A DNA stretch of 55,767 nucleotides from a virus (taxonomy: Duplodnaviria; Caudoviricetes), in IMG/VR virus record IMGVR_UViG_3300012943_000007, positions 1 through 55,767 of that record, one strand, 5' to 3'. The notes below the pieces were generated by a model, which was not told the DNA's origin, searched no databases, and worked only from the letters and a program-made list of their open reading frames with translations. Below, one piece after another: positions 17,782 to 28,298 of this stretch; the stretch's first letter is position 1; each line of letters starts with the position of its first letter. A program made the position numbers and the translations under genes.

Positions 17782-18267
17782 ATGAAGGGAATTAGCGCCG
17801 TCGCGCTTATGGCGGCAATGGCGAATGATGGCGTTATCGGCACGCATGAGGGCGGAACGCTTCATGTTTGTGCGACGCCAGCGACAACCGATCTTGACGC
17901 GGCGGGATTTGCCGCGCTGACGTGGGTTGCGGTCGGCAAGGTCGGTTCAGTCGGCGAATTCGGTATCGTTCAGAATATCGTCGATTACGACACTTGGGCC
18001 GGAACGACGCTCAAGGGCAAGGGCTCGAAACGTCCGGGTGATCCGGAAGTCGAATACGCCCGCGATGAAACCGATGCCGGGCAGGACGTATTGCGCACGG
18101 CTTGCGATCTTGCGACGGCGCACGCTGTCAAAGTGACCAAGCAGGATGGAACAATCTTCTATTCTCGCGCGCTGGTCGCTGGTCCGTCCATGCCGCAGGG
18201 TCGCGGCGAGGACGCCGACATTGAAGTTGTAACGCTCGGGCTTGTTCAGAAGCCCGTTCGCGTGTAA
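17782..18267 (+). CDS. major tail tube protein
   Basis: LTWVAVGKVGSVGEFG, KGKG, DAGQ..LR; start ATG 17782 with GGGGA SD. Confidence 0.85.
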   Translation: MKGISAVALMAAMANDGVIGTHEGGTLHVCATPATTDLDAAGFAALTWVAVGKVGSVGEFGIVQNIVDYDTWAGTTLKGKGSKRPGDPEVEYARDETDAGQDVLRTACDLATAHAVKVTKQDGTIFYSRALVAGPSMPQGRGEDADIEVVTLGLVQKPVRV

Positions 18268-18290
18268 TTCGCCGGTAGAACGGCGTTTTG

Positions 18291-18318
18291 AAAGGCGGGC
18301 AATCACGCCCGCCTTTTT
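18291..18318 (+). terminator. intrinsic terminator
   Basis: aaaggcgggc-aatcac-gcccgccttttt. Confidence 0.75.
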
Positions 18319-18341
18319 CGTATCGAAAGGAAACCCCTAAA

Positions 18342-18746
18342 TTGGCACGCGCTCCCATTAATACCGCTTCGAACGATCTTGCCGCGATCAGCGCTCATTC
18401 AATCAAGTATGCGGTTAAGCATCCGAAAACCGATGCTGAAACCGGCCTGATCCTTCATCTGCGTTGGTTCGGCGATGAAAAGGTGAAATCCGTTCAACGC
18501 GACATTACGAATAAGCAACTGAAACTTTCGCAACGTCGTAAGACGTTCACGGCGAAAGAACTGGAAGCGTCGACGGTCGATCAGCTTGTTGCTGCAATCG
18601 AGGGTTGGGAATGGACGAACGGCGCGACGTGGCACGGCGAAGCGCTCGACTTCAACGAACACAACGTTCGAAAGGTTCTGACCGAAGCGGCGTGGCTTAT
18701 GCGGCAGGTTGATGAAGCGTTGGCGAACGACGCGGATTTTTTCTAA
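18342..18746 (+). CDS. tail assembly chaperone (gpG-like)
   Basis: Between tube and tape measure; ends in slippery T TTT TTC TAA. Confidence 0.8.
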   Translation: MARAPINTASNDLAAISAHSIKYAVKHPKTDAETGLILHLRWFGDEKVKSVQRDITNKQLKLSQRRKTFTAKELEASTVDQLVAAIEGWEWTNGATWHGEALDFNEHNVRKVLTEAAWLMRQVDEALANDADFF

Positions 18747-19156
18747 GCCTAAACGCCGATCTCTGTTTTGCAGTGTCGATGTTCGTCCGGTATGACATGC
18801 CGGATGTTACGGGCGAAACTCGCGAGGAACGCAATAAGCGTTTCAAAATTCCAGAGGCGACCGTTGATTGGGACATTCCCGACGACGGTATGTATCTTTG
18901 GGGTTGGTATTGGCGAGTTTCCGCCCGAAAGAAACGTGTATCCGAAGGCGTCGCCGTCCCGCTAGAGTGGAACGATTTTCTAGCGTGGGCGGCGGCAACC
19001 GGGGAGATTGTAAAACCCTTCGAATATGATATTTTAGCGGATATGGACGACGCGTTTGTAACCGAGACCAACGCAGAGTTATCGCGGTCGCGGGCGATCC
19101 TTAAGGATCAGGCGGAAAAAGACGCCAAGGCGGCGGCTAAAAAGCGGGGCAAGTAA
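18737..19156 (+). CDS. tail assembly chaperone -1 frameshift extension (gpGT-like)
   Basis: The -1 frame is open from the slippery heptamer 18737-18743 into ORF 18773..19156. Confidence 0.75.
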   Translation, partial: FFLSLNADLCFAVSMFVRYDMPDVTGETREERNKRFKIPEATVDWDIPDDGMYLWGWYWRVSARKKRVSEGVAVPLEWNDFLAWAAATGEIVKPFEYDILADMDDAFVTETNAELSRSRAILKDQAEKDAKAAAKKRGK

Positions 19157-21421
19157 TTGGATAACGATATTGCTCAACTCGGGTTCGAGGTTGACAGTAG
19201 CGAACTTGCCCGCGCCAATGAGGAACTAGAACAGCTTCCGAAATCTGGCGCAAAGGCGGAACGCGCGACCGAACGGTTTAGCCGTGCGATGCAAGGCGCT
19301 GAACGCGCTGCAATGCGCTTTTATACGAACCTTGAAAAACTGGCGACACGGACCGGCAATTTTATCGGCGAAAACTTGCGTCAAATCGCGCTCGGGTTCG
19401 CCGCTGTTTTCGGCGTTGGCGCATTGGTTCAAAAGATCGGCGCGATTTCGAATGCGCTTGACGCCGTGTCGAAAGCGGCGCGAGCAACCAATTCAGCCGT
19501 TGCGGATATGCAAGCGCTGGCGACGGCTGGCGAGCTAGCCGGGTTGAGCGCTGATTATGTAGCGTCGGCGTCCCGGCGCATGAACCGCGTTCTAGGACAG
19601 GCGATCCAGCAAGGCAAAGGAACGCAGGGCGTATTTCAGCAACTTGGCGTAAGCGCGTCCGAACTGGCAGCATTGCCGGTTGACGAACGGTTCGCTAAGA
19701 TCGCGGATCGCATTCAAGAGCTAGGGCTTGACGCGTCGCAGACAACGGCGATCCTGTCGGCGCTCGGGGATCGTGGCGGCGCGCTTATCTCGCTGCTAGG
19801 TGAAGGCGGCGAGCAAATCCGACAGGCGGCGGGCGACGTTGATCGTTTCAATCTGGCGATCACAAACACGCAAGGCTTGCAGATCGAGGAAATGAACGAC
19901 AATTGGACGCGGTTCGGTTACGCGGTCAATGGTGCGTTTACTCAGTTCATTGCGTTTATTGCGCCGAGTGTAAGTTCGTTGCTGGCGAACCTCGCAAATG
20001 GAATAGCATTCTTAGTCGATAATATCGGCTATCTGGAACCGGTGATTAAAATCGTCGGGCCGATGTTGCTCGCGGCATTCGCTCCGATTGTGATCGGAAG
20101 CGTGATCAGTCTCGCAGCAGCGGTTGGAACAAACCTAGTTGGCGCATTCGTTACGCTTGGCGCTATCATCATGGCTAATCCGCTTATAGCGCTGGCAACG
20201 TTGCTAGTTGGCGTAATCGCGGCGGTTTGGCATTTCCGCGACGAAATCAGTAAAGCGATTGGTGTCGACGTTACGCAGATTTTCAAAGACGTTGCGAATA
20301 CGATCATTCGCGTGTTGATCACGGCGTTTGAAACCGCCAAAGATATTTGGATGAACTTCCCGTCCGTCATGGGTTCCGCTGCTATCGGCGCGGCGAACGC
20401 CGTGATCGAAGCTGTTAACGGGATGATCAATAGTTCGTTAGAGGGTATCCGAAAAATCGGCTATGCGTTGCGCATGTCGGGATTACCGGGCTTGTCTCAA
20501 ATGGGGCTCGGGCTCGAAACAATGGCGCCGTCCGATATCCCGACGCTGACCGATCCGAACGCAGATGCGAACGCAGCGAGCGCAGCGGCATTCCAAGCGC
20601 GGCTGAAAGAAATTTGGTCGACCGATTACGCCGGGCAAATCGCAACTGGTATGACGACGCTTTCGGAAAAAACCGATCTAGCGAGTGACAGTCTCGATAA
20701 CTTCAACACGGTCGGCAGTGGTACGCCCGGCGCGTCAAAAGCTGTTACCGACAGCATGAAGGCAATTCAGGATCAGGCGGAAGCGACGCAACGCGCGGTT
20801 GATGAAGTACGCGACGCTTTGAAAGATGCGTTCGGTAGTGCGCTTAAGACATTCGTTCAGGGCTTGCGCGAAGGCAAATCGTTTGTCGACAGTCTAACCG
20901 GTGCGCTCGATAATCTCGCCGATAAGCTGATGGATATGGTTCTGAACAATATCATTAGCGGGTTCGTCGGATCGCTGTTCGGCGGTGGCGGCGGTCTAGG
21001 CGGATTGTTCGGGGGCGGTGGCGTCGGTATGGGGCTCACTGGCGCGGCAACGTATGGTTTCACTGGAAACGGGTTCTACGGTATTCCAAAGCTCGCCAGC
21101 GGCGGGGTTCTCAATCGTCCGACAATGGCGATAGCCGGTGAAGCCGGGCCGGAAGCGGTGCTACCGTTGATGCGCGGTCCGGGCGGCAACCTTGGCGTGA
21201 TCGCGGCGAACGATAATCGCGGCGCGACAAGTGGCTTGCAGATCAATATTTTCAACAATACCGCCAATGATAACGACGTTACAGTTTCGGAAAATTCCGA
21301 CGGCTCGCTCGATATCATCATTGATCGTAAAATGGCCGAAAATGTCACTAAAGACGGCTCGCGGTTCGATAACGCCATGCGCGCGAAGTATGGTTTGAAC
21401 GCCGCAGTCAAGCAGAGGTAA
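19157..21421 (+). CDS. tape measure protein
   Basis: Long helical Ala-rich protein; DIAQLGFEVDS start; AGEAGPEAVLPL C-terminal motif. Confidence 0.9.
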   Translation: MDNDIAQLGFEVDSSELARANEELEQLPKSGAKAERATERFSRAMQGAERAAMRFYTNLEKLATRTGNFIGENLRQIALGFAAVFGVGALVQKIGAISNALDAVSKAARATNSAVADMQALATAGELAGLSADYVASASRRMNRVLGQAIQQGKGTQGVFQQLGVSASELAALPVDERFAKIADRIQELGLDASQTTAILSALGDRGGALISLLGEGGEQIRQAAGDVDRFNLAITNTQGLQIEEMNDNWTRFGYAVNGAFTQFIAFIAPSVSSLLANLANGIAFLVDNIGYLEPVIKIVGPMLLAAFAPIVIGSVISLAAAVGTNLVGAFVTLGAIIMANPLIALATLLVGVIAAVWHFRDEISKAIGVDVTQIFKDVANTIIRVLITAFETAKDIWMNFPSVMGSAAIGAANAVIEAVNGMINSSLEGIRKIGYALRMSGLPGLSQMGLGLETMAPSDIPTLTDPNADANAASAAAFQARLKEIWSTDYAGQIATGMTTLSEKTDLASDSLDNFNTVGSGTPGASKAVTDSMKAIQDQAEATQRAVDEVRDALKDAFGSALKTFVQGLREGKSFVDSLTGALDNLADKLMDMVLNNIISGFVGSLFGGGGGLGGLFGGGGVGMGLTGAATYGFTGNGFYGIPKLASGGVLNRPTMAIAGEAGPEAVLPLMRGPGGNLGVIAANDNRGATSGLQINIFNNTANDNDVTVSENSDGSLDIIIDRKMAENVTKDGSRFDNAMRAKYGLNAAVKQR

Positions 21422-21424
21422 GCA

Positions 21425-21796
21425 ATGGTCGATTGGCCCGCAGGATTACCGAACGTTCAGTTGGTCGGGATGACTGATCAGCGGGGCGCGACGCGCGTCC
21501 GATCCAGTGTCGACGTTGGTCCGGCTATCGTTCGTCGTCGTTATACGTCGGGCGTGCGCGACGTGAATGTTCCTGTCACTTTCACCAATACCGAGCGCGT
21601 CGTATTTGACGCTTGGTATCAGGACGATTTAGACGAGGGTTCTATTTCCTTCGTTTGGACTGATCCGGTCACGGGCTCGAATGTGACGTTCCGTTTCCGC
21701 GAAGATAGCGGGCCGCAGTTCAAGGCGGCGGTCGGCGCGGATAACGACGATGAAAAGCGTTGGGATACTGTTCTAGCGCTGGAAATCATTCCATGA
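21425..21796 (+). CDS. distal tail protein
   Basis: WPAGLP...VGPA..RRRYT...F.WTDP; follows TMP. Confidence 0.75.
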   Translation: MVDWPAGLPNVQLVGMTDQRGATRVRSSVDVGPAIVRRRYTSGVRDVNVPVTFTNTERVVFDAWYQDDLDEGSISFVWTDPVTGSNVTFRFREDSGPQFKAAVGADNDDEKRWDTVLALEIIP

Positions 21797-22269
21797 CGCT
21801 AACCGATACGGCTCGCGGTCAGGTATTTCAGCAAGAGGGCGGCGGCTTTCTTGTGTTACTGACGATTACGCATTCGACACTTTTGACGCCGTTGCGGTTC
21901 GTCAACAATACCGAGAACATCGTTTCGAACGGCGAAGATTTTATCGCCTATCCGTTCAAGATGAAACCGCCAGAGGATCGGCAGGGCGTGAAGCCGGTCG
22001 CGCGGCTCACTATCGACAATATCAATCGACAGATCGTCGAAGTCGTCAGACAGATCGCGGCAACAAGCCCATTGTTCGTTCAGATTGACGTTGTTCGGAT
22101 CGACGATTGCGACGTAATCGAAACGACGTTACCGCAATTCAAGCTGCGAAACGTCGATTGGGACGCTGGCGTTTTGAGCGGCGATCTATCGATTGACGAT
22201 ATCACAAAGGAACCGTTTCCCGCTCGCACGTTCACGCCGTCTGAATATCCCGGCGTATTCGCTATCTAG
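21793..22269 (+). CDS. minor tail protein (DUF1833-like)
   Basis: LLTITH..L..PLRFV...F.AYPF...LTIDNI...F.P..YPG.F. Confidence 0.75.
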   Translation: MTLTDTARGQVFQQEGGGFLVLLTITHSTLLTPLRFVNNTENIVSNGEDFIAYPFKMKPPEDRQGVKPVARLTIDNINRQIVEVVRQIAATSPLFVQIDVVRIDDCDVIETTLPQFKLRNVDWDAGVLSGDLSIDDITKEPFPARTFTPSEYPGVFAI

Positions 22270-22270
22270 A

Positions 22271-22678
22271 ATGACATTCGAAGAATTCCGAAATGCCGCG
22301 ATAACCGTCCCGTATAGGATCGGCGGTCGGAATTGGGATGGTTGGGATTGTTGGGGGTTGGTATATCGGGCGTTCGCCGACATTCCAGAGTTAGGCGGCG
22401 CCGTCAAATCATATGCAACCGAGTACGATAAAGAACTGTCGTATCCGGAGCTAGCCGACATGATTGATCGCGAAAAAGTAGAATGGCGATCCATCAATGA
22501 ACGCCCGGCGCCCGGCGATCTTGCGTTATTCCGTGTCGGCAGACATGCGTCCCATGTGGCGCTTGTCGTTCCGGGGCGGCAAATGCTACATTGTGAGGCA
22601 AGGGTCGGCACGATCATCGAGCCGCTAACGTCGATTGTATGGGCAAGGCGGAATGTCGGATATTATCGACACACTTAA
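22271..22678 (+). CDS. NlpC/P60 tail-tip protein
   Basis: GWDCWGLV, PGDLALF, HVALV, MLHC. Confidence 0.85.
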   Translation: MTFEEFRNAAITVPYRIGGRNWDGWDCWGLVYRAFADIPELGGAVKSYATEYDKELSYPELADMIDREKVEWRSINERPAPGDLALFRVGRHASHVALVVPGRQMLHCEARVGTIIEPLTSIVWARRNVGYYRHT

Positions 22679-25600
22679 AGTCACGGCGGTTCTAAATCCG
22701 TTTAACGCTGAACGCGTGGTCAGCGGAGAGAACGACGTTCCGGTTGTGCCGCATGGTTTGACCATTACGGAAATTTTGGAAGTCATGGGAACCGATCCGG
22801 CGGTTCGAATGCACTTCCATATTTTCATCGGTGATCAATACATTTCGCCCGACTATTGGCGCTTGGTTAAGCCGCGCGCTGGCGCGATGATTTCGATCCG
22901 TGCATTCCTGCCGCCTGCCGGTGGCGACGCGGGCGGCGGTGGCAAGGATATTTTGCGCACGGTCGCGATTATCGCAGTGGCAGCGGCGGCGCTCGCGTTC
23001 GGTCCGGCATTGGGCGGCGCGCTCGGGCTGACAGGTGCGTTCGCGGCGTCCGTTGGTCAAGCGATCATCGGCATTGGCGGAATGCTGCTAGTCAATGCGC
23101 TCGTTCCGCCACGGTCGAACGCTGGCGTTAAACCAAGCGCAGCGGAAGCGGAAAGCCCGACCAAGTTTATCGAGGGTGCGACGAACCGGTTAGGACCATT
23201 CGAACCGGTCGACGTTCCGTTCGGACGGCATCGGATCGTGCCGAAACTGGCGGCTCAAACTTATACGGAATTAGTTGGCGACGATCAATATCTAAGAATG
23301 CTGTTCCATTGCGGCATTGGTCCCGTTGCGTTTAGCTTGCCTAAGATCGGTGATACCGATCTAGAGGATTTCGATGGCGTTGATATCGAATATTTTCAAG
23401 GGTTCCCATCCGATGGAACGCCGACATTGTATCCTGCAACTGTTGCGCAGGATAATTTTCAGATCGAGCTTAAAGAGGTTGACGGTTATACCATTCGAAC
23501 GTCAGCGCTCGAAGCGGATGAACTGAGTATCGACATTCTATTTCCGGAAGGTCTGATTACCGTTCTCGACGACGGCACGCGAACAACGTCGTCGGTTACG
23601 GTTCAGTTAGAATATTCGGTTGCAGGTGCAAATATCTGGCAAGCGATCCCGGTTGCAGGCGGTCAACAGACGTTTCCGCTCGCATGGTCGAATTCGAATG
23701 GAACAGCGTTCAACGTTGTCACGTTCACGCAACAGAAAACCGCCGCGATCCGTCACGGTATTACGTGGCGCGTCCCGTCGCGCGGTCAATATGATATTCG
23801 GATCAAACGCGCGTCGGCTGATACAGTTTCCGAGAACGTGCGTGATGGTCTGTATTGGACGGCTTTGCGCACGTTCACGAATGAAAGCCCGGTCAATTCG
23901 CCCGTACCTGTCGCATTGATCGCAATGCGGATCAAGGCAACCGGTCAGCTTAACGGCGTGATTAATAATTTCTCGATTGTCGTTCAGCGCATTGCGAAAG
24001 ATTGGAACGGCGTTGCATGGATCGAGCAAGCGACGCGCAACCCCGGATCGGCGTTCCGATATGCGTTGCAGGGGAACGCGCTACAAAACCCGAAACTCGA
24101 TAGTGAGATTGATCTAGATAGTATTGAGCATTTAGCCGAAGTTTGCACGGCGAACGGTTGGACGTTCGATCAGAACAGAGACTTTCCGTCCGGGCTTTGG
24201 GATTTGCTCCATGATATCGCGTCTGCCGGTCGCGCTAGCCCGCAGCTAATCAATGGCAAGTATGGCGTCGTTCTAGACGAACCGAAAGACCCGGTGACGA
24301 TGGTCACGCCGCGCAACTCATGGGGGTTCCGCGCGAGCAAAGCTTTCCTAGATATGCCGCACGCGATCCGCGTCCAATTCAACAATGAGGATCAGGATTG
24401 GCGGAACGATGAAGTTCGCGTGTATCTCAACGGTTATACCGAAGATACGGCGACGCTTTTCGAAACGATGGAATTTCCGGGTCGGACGAACGTCGATCAG
24501 GTTGTTAAAGACGTGCTGTTCAGCGTTGCATGTGCTGTTCAGCGCCCCGAACAATGGCAGTTCCAAATGGAAATGGAACGGCTTGTGTTCAAACGCGGTG
24601 ACGTTGTTCTAGTTGCCCATGATGTTCTGTTAGTCGGGCTCGCGCAAGGGCGTATTAAGTCGCTCGAAACGGACGGCAGCGGCAATGTGATCGCGATCAC
24701 GTCAGACGAAAAATTGCCGATGATTACCGATGGTAATTATGGATTGTCGATCCGCAATCCGAACGATGTTGCGATTACGGCGCAGGTGATAACAGAAATC
24801 GGCGAACCGAAAACCGTCGCGCTGTTGAACCCCATTCTAGCAGCGAACGCGCCACGGATCGGCGATCTTCTCGCATTCGGTACGCTCGGGCTCGAAACCG
24901 ACAAGGCGATCATTCTAGGCGTCGATCCGACTGACAACGCCAATATGAGCGCAACTATAACCTGCGTACCGTATCGCTTGGAAGTTTATTCGGCGGATAG
25001 CGGTCCGATCCCGCCTTTCAATAGTCACCTAACACGCCTGCCGGAAATTCCGCCCGTCTCGATCCTTAGCATTCGTTCCGACGAAACGGTTCTAACGCTT
25101 GGCGCTGGCAATTCGTTGAATGTGAATATCGCCGTCAAGGTGCGCGGACTTGAACATATGGACGGGCGGTTGCGCGTTCAAATCCGTCCGTCGACAACGA
25201 ACGAACCCTATCTAGACGCTAAGGTTGAACTTCAATCCGCCAATGAGATTTATATCGGCAGCGTTCGCAGCGGCGAATATGTCGATTTGCGGTTCCGTTG
25301 GGAAGTACCGGGCCGCACGCCGGGCGCATGGTCCGAACAGAGTAATTACCGTGTCGTCGGTAAAACGACGCCGCCGCAACCGCTTTCCGGGCTCACGATT
25401 TCGACGTTCGGAAATAACGCTTATCTGCGTTGGGATCAGCCGGGCGAGCTTGACGTTCAGTTCGGCGGATCAGTGCTGTTCCGTCATAGTGAAGCCGATC
25501 CGGCGGAATGGTCGAACAGCGTTTCAATCGGCAATGCGGCGCAAGCTAATACACTGTTCGCACCCCTGCCGTTGAAGCCGGGAACGTATCTAGCTCGTGT

Positions 25601-26213
25601 CGTCGATAGCGCCGGGCTGCAATCAACCGTTGTGAGTGTCAACACAAAGCAGGCGAACGTTCTGCTTTTCAATTTGGTTGATGAAATTTTCGAAAGCCCG
25701 GATTTCGACGGGACGAAAACCGGAGTGATCGCGGTCGACGTTGGCGGTCAAAATCGTCTGTTTCTCGAAGCGGTCGGATTGTTTGACGACATTCCGGATT
25801 TAGATTTGTATCTCGACGATGTTGACGTGTTCGGCGGTGTTTCGACAGTCGCAGGCGTTTACGAATTCGAACTAGGTTTTGATTTCGGCACGGTTAGCCG
25901 TATGCGTTTGACGACGGTTATCGAAAGCTTCAACGCGTCGGTTTATGACGTAATCGATAGTTGGGGAAACATTGATGATCGCGAAGATTGGGACGGGACA
26001 CAATCCGCTAATTGCGACTGTCTCGTTTACGTCAGCTTGACCGACGACGATCCATCCGGGCCGTCGTCGGAATGGTCGACTTATGAGCGCCTAGACAGCG
26101 CGGAAGTTGAGGCGCGAGGCTGTAGGTTCCGCGCGATACTAACTAGCAACAGTTCCGATTATAATATATACGTCGGCACGCTAGGGGTTCGGGCTGAGGA
26201 AGTCGTGACATGA
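22653..26213 (+). CDS. central tail fibre / host specificity protein (gpI+gpJ-like)
   Basis: About 1190 aa; ubiquitin-like N-terminus, hydrophobic Gly/Ala segment, TRNP motif, FnIII-like repeats. Confidence 0.85.
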   Translation: MSDIIDTLKVTAVLNPFNAERVVSGENDVPVVPHGLTITEILEVMGTDPAVRMHFHIFIGDQYISPDYWRLVKPRAGAMISIRAFLPPAGGDAGGGGKDILRTVAIIAVAAAALAFGPALGGALGLTGAFAASVGQAIIGIGGMLLVNALVPPRSNAGVKPSAAEAESPTKFIEGATNRLGPFEPVDVPFGRHRIVPKLAAQTYTELVGDDQYLRMLFHCGIGPVAFSLPKIGDTDLEDFDGVDIEYFQGFPSDGTPTLYPATVAQDNFQIELKEVDGYTIRTSALEADELSIDILFPEGLITVLDDGTRTTSSVTVQLEYSVAGANIWQAIPVAGGQQTFPLAWSNSNGTAFNVVTFTQQKTAAIRHGITWRVPSRGQYDIRIKRASADTVSENVRDGLYWTALRTFTNESPVNSPVPVALIAMRIKATGQLNGVINNFSIVVQRIAKDWNGVAWIEQATRNPGSAFRYALQGNALQNPKLDSEIDLDSIEHLAEVCTANGWTFDQNRDFPSGLWDLLHDIASAGRASPQLINGKYGVVLDEPKDPVTMVTPRNSWGFRASKAFLDMPHAIRVQFNNEDQDWRNDEVRVYLNGYTEDTATLFETMEFPGRTNVDQVVKDVLFSVACAVQRPEQWQFQMEMERLVFKRGDVVLVAHDVLLVGLAQGRIKSLETDGSGNVIAITSDEKLPMITDGNYGLSIRNPNDVAITAQVITEIGEPKTVALLNPILAANAPRIGDLLAFGTLGLETDKAIILGVDPTDNANMSATITCVPYRLEVYSADSGPIPPFNSHLTRLPEIPPVSILSIRSDETVLTLGAGNSLNVNIAVKVRGLEHMDGRLRVQIRPSTTNEPYLDAKVELQSANEIYIGSVRSGEYVDLRFRWEVPGRTPGAWSEQSNYRVVGKTTPPQPLSGLTISTFGNNAYLRWDQPGELDVQFGGSVLFRHSEADPAEWSNSVSIGNAAQANTLFAPLPLKPGTYLARVVDSAGLQSTVVSVNTKQANVLLFNLVDEIFESPDFDGTKTGVIAVDVGGQNRLFLEAVGLFDDIPDLDLYLDDVDVFGGVSTVAGVYEFELGFDFGTVSRMRLTTVIESFNASVYDVIDSWGNIDDREDWDGTQSANCDCLVYVSLTDDDPSGPSSEWSTYERLDSAEVEARGCRFRAILTSNSSDYNIYVGTLGVRAEEVVT

Positions 26214-26548
26214 AGTATAGCGCCGTTCTAGATGACAGCGGGCATTTGATCGGTCGCGAGACTATCGACGACGATCAGAAAGACGGCATTGATCCCGGTG
26301 ATTTGCCGTTGAATGGCACTTACAAATGGGACGACGTTAACAAGATGTTTTTCCCGCTTGGTCATGGGTTCGGGAAAGTGACCAAGCCGCAACCGCCCTT
26401 TTCGAATGATTTCGTCCTAGCTCGGATCATCGAAAGCATGGGCGACGCTGCGCCTTATGAGGCGGTTGAATGGCTCAAATGGTTCGATGGTGATTTGCGT
26501 CGGCGTGAGGAAGAATTAAACCTTGGTCGGCATCGCCGGGGCAAATAA
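26210..26548 (+). CDS. hypothetical tail-region protein
   Basis: ATGA coupled. Confidence 0.6.
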   Translation: MKYSAVLDDSGHLIGRETIDDDQKDGIDPGDLPLNGTYKWDDVNKMFFPLGHGFGKVTKPQPPFSNDFVLARIIESMGDAAPYEAVEWLKWFDGDLRRREEELNLGRHRRGK

Positions 26549-26551
26549 CGC

Positions 26552-27640
26552 ATGTCGCAGCACGATTACAATATCGCCAATGCGCCGGGTGCGACCGTCC
26601 GAGCCGACGTTAACGCGCTCGCGGAAGCAATCGCGTCTCTGAATGGTGGTGCTAGCTCGCCGTCCGTGACGTTCGCCAATATGTTTTGGATGGACGAAAC
26701 GAACGATCTTCTAAAGATGCGCAACCGGACTAACTCCGGTTGGATCACGCTCGCGTCCGTTGTTGGATCGACGTTCAAGCTTGCGCTTAGTGCGATCAAT
26801 ACGCCAGCGTCCGGAAGTTGGTTCGGGACTAGCGAGCGCTTCCCGTTCATTGCGACCGATGGTGTTATGGAAGTCGGCGCTAGTCTCGATTTCCATCCGG
26901 ACGCGGCGGGAACCGAAGATTATCGAGCACGGGTCAATCGCGCGACCGGCACGAACGGCATTCTAAATATCGTCAATACCGGTAACGGCGGTATTGAAAT
27001 TACGACGGATACCGGAACGTTCCGGGTGAATTCGAACGTCATTGCGCCTATTCCGATTGGCGCTCTTATGCCGTATGGCGGAACGACTGCGCCGACGAAC
27101 TGGCTAATGCTTTATGGTCAGAACGTTAGCCGGACGACTTACGCCGGTTTGTTCGCGATCTTTGGAACGACGTTCGGCGTCGGAAACGGAACGACGACGT
27201 TCACGCTTCCCGATCTTCGCGGGCGTGTGATCGCTGGCAAGGATAACATGGGCGGCGTGTCGGCGGATCGTCTGACGACTTACGCGCTCGACGGCGACGT
27301 TCTAGGTGCATATGGCGGTTTGGAATATCACACTCTTACCGCTGCACAATTGGCGTCACACGCGCACGTTGTCGATCCGCCGAATACCGGCACGTCGGGC
27401 GTTGGCGATCACGCGCACGCATATACGTTTACCGATCCGGGCTTTGCCGCTATGGGTACTTGGCCTAGCGCGTCGTCGAATTTTGTTAGCCCGACAGGGC
27501 TTGCAACAAGCGGCGCGGGCGCGCACTCGCACGCCGTTGATATCGGTGCGTTTGCTTCTGGATCAGCCGGTTCGGATGGCGCGCATAACAACGTTCAGCC
27601 GACGTTGGTCCTTAATTACATCGTTTACGCGGGTGCATGA
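26552..27640 (+). CDS. tail fibre 1 with tail-collar domain
   Basis: PIGALMPY...WLM.YGQ.VSRTTYA.LF...TF.LPDLRGR collar; HxH metal motifs; HNNVQP. Confidence 0.88.
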   Translation: MSQHDYNIANAPGATVRADVNALAEAIASLNGGASSPSVTFANMFWMDETNDLLKMRNRTNSGWITLASVVGSTFKLALSAINTPASGSWFGTSERFPFIATDGVMEVGASLDFHPDAAGTEDYRARVNRATGTNGILNIVNTGNGGIEITTDTGTFRVNSNVIAPIPIGALMPYGGTTAPTNWLMLYGQNVSRTTYAGLFAIFGTTFGVGNGTTTFTLPDLRGRVIAGKDNMGGVSADRLTTYALDGDVLGAYGGLEYHTLTAAQLASHAHVVDPPNTGTSGVGDHAHAYTFTDPGFAAMGTWPSASSNFVSPTGLATSGAGAHSHAVDIGAFASGSAGSDGAHNNVQPTLVLNYIVYAGA

Positions 27641-28296
27641 TGGCTCTTAAAATCGCTCGCGAAATCATCGAACAAGGCGGCGGAACAAAGACGCTTGATA
27701 AAGCGATCAAGGATTTCGCCAAGGCGCTTAAGCTGCATGAAAAAACGGTCGACGTTCCGGCGCCGACAGCGCACCCTATGGTTATGGAAATCGTCCGGGC
27801 GCACGGTGGCGAATATGAAATCGTGGAACCGCCAGCGCCGCCCGAATTGCGCAAGCCCGCGCCGCTCGAAACAATCGAAGAAATCCGCGCTCGGGAAGCT
27901 AAGGCGAATGAGGAAGCCGCCGAAAAGCTTTCGATTGACGATCATCGGAATATGACGCTCGCGCGTTTGTCAGCGTTCAAATGGAGCAAGGTCGGCGAGG
28001 GTGTCGACTATAACGGCATTCGCTATTGGTCGGATCGAGCGTCGGAATTCGATATCGTCGCGGCGATCCTTGACGGTGAATTGCAAGGCGAAACGTTCGC
28101 GATCAAATGGAAGTCGGCAGACGGTCAATATCCAATTCTAGGGTTGGACGATCTTCGCGCGATCCTGCGTTTGATCCGCGCTCATAAGCAGACGTGTTTC
28201 AATCGCGAACAGCGCGTTGCGGAAAAGATCAATGGTTTGAAGTCTGCGAAAGCATTGCGAGAATTCGAATACGCCGGGCAATGGGATAAGGTCTGA
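27637..28296 (+). CDS. tail fibre assembly chaperone (DUF4376-like)
   Basis: Follows fibre; WKSADG...H.Q.CF.RE pattern. Confidence 0.65.
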   Translation: MMALKIAREIIEQGGGTKTLDKAIKDFAKALKLHEKTVDVPAPTAHPMVMEIVRAHGGEYEIVEPPAPPELRKPAPLETIEEIRAREAKANEEAAEKLSIDDHRNMTLARLSAFKWSKVGEGVDYNGIRYWSDRASEFDIVAAILDGELQGETFAIKWKSADGQYPILGLDDLRAILRLIRAHKQTCFNREQRVAEKINGLKSAKALREFEYAGQWDKV

Positions 28297-28298
28297 TC

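Noticed and set aside
21198-21218. AANDN in the tape measure, resembling the alphaproteobacterial tmRNA tag
   Set aside because: It is internal, not C-terminal, and no tmRNA structure is nearby; at most a weak host hint.
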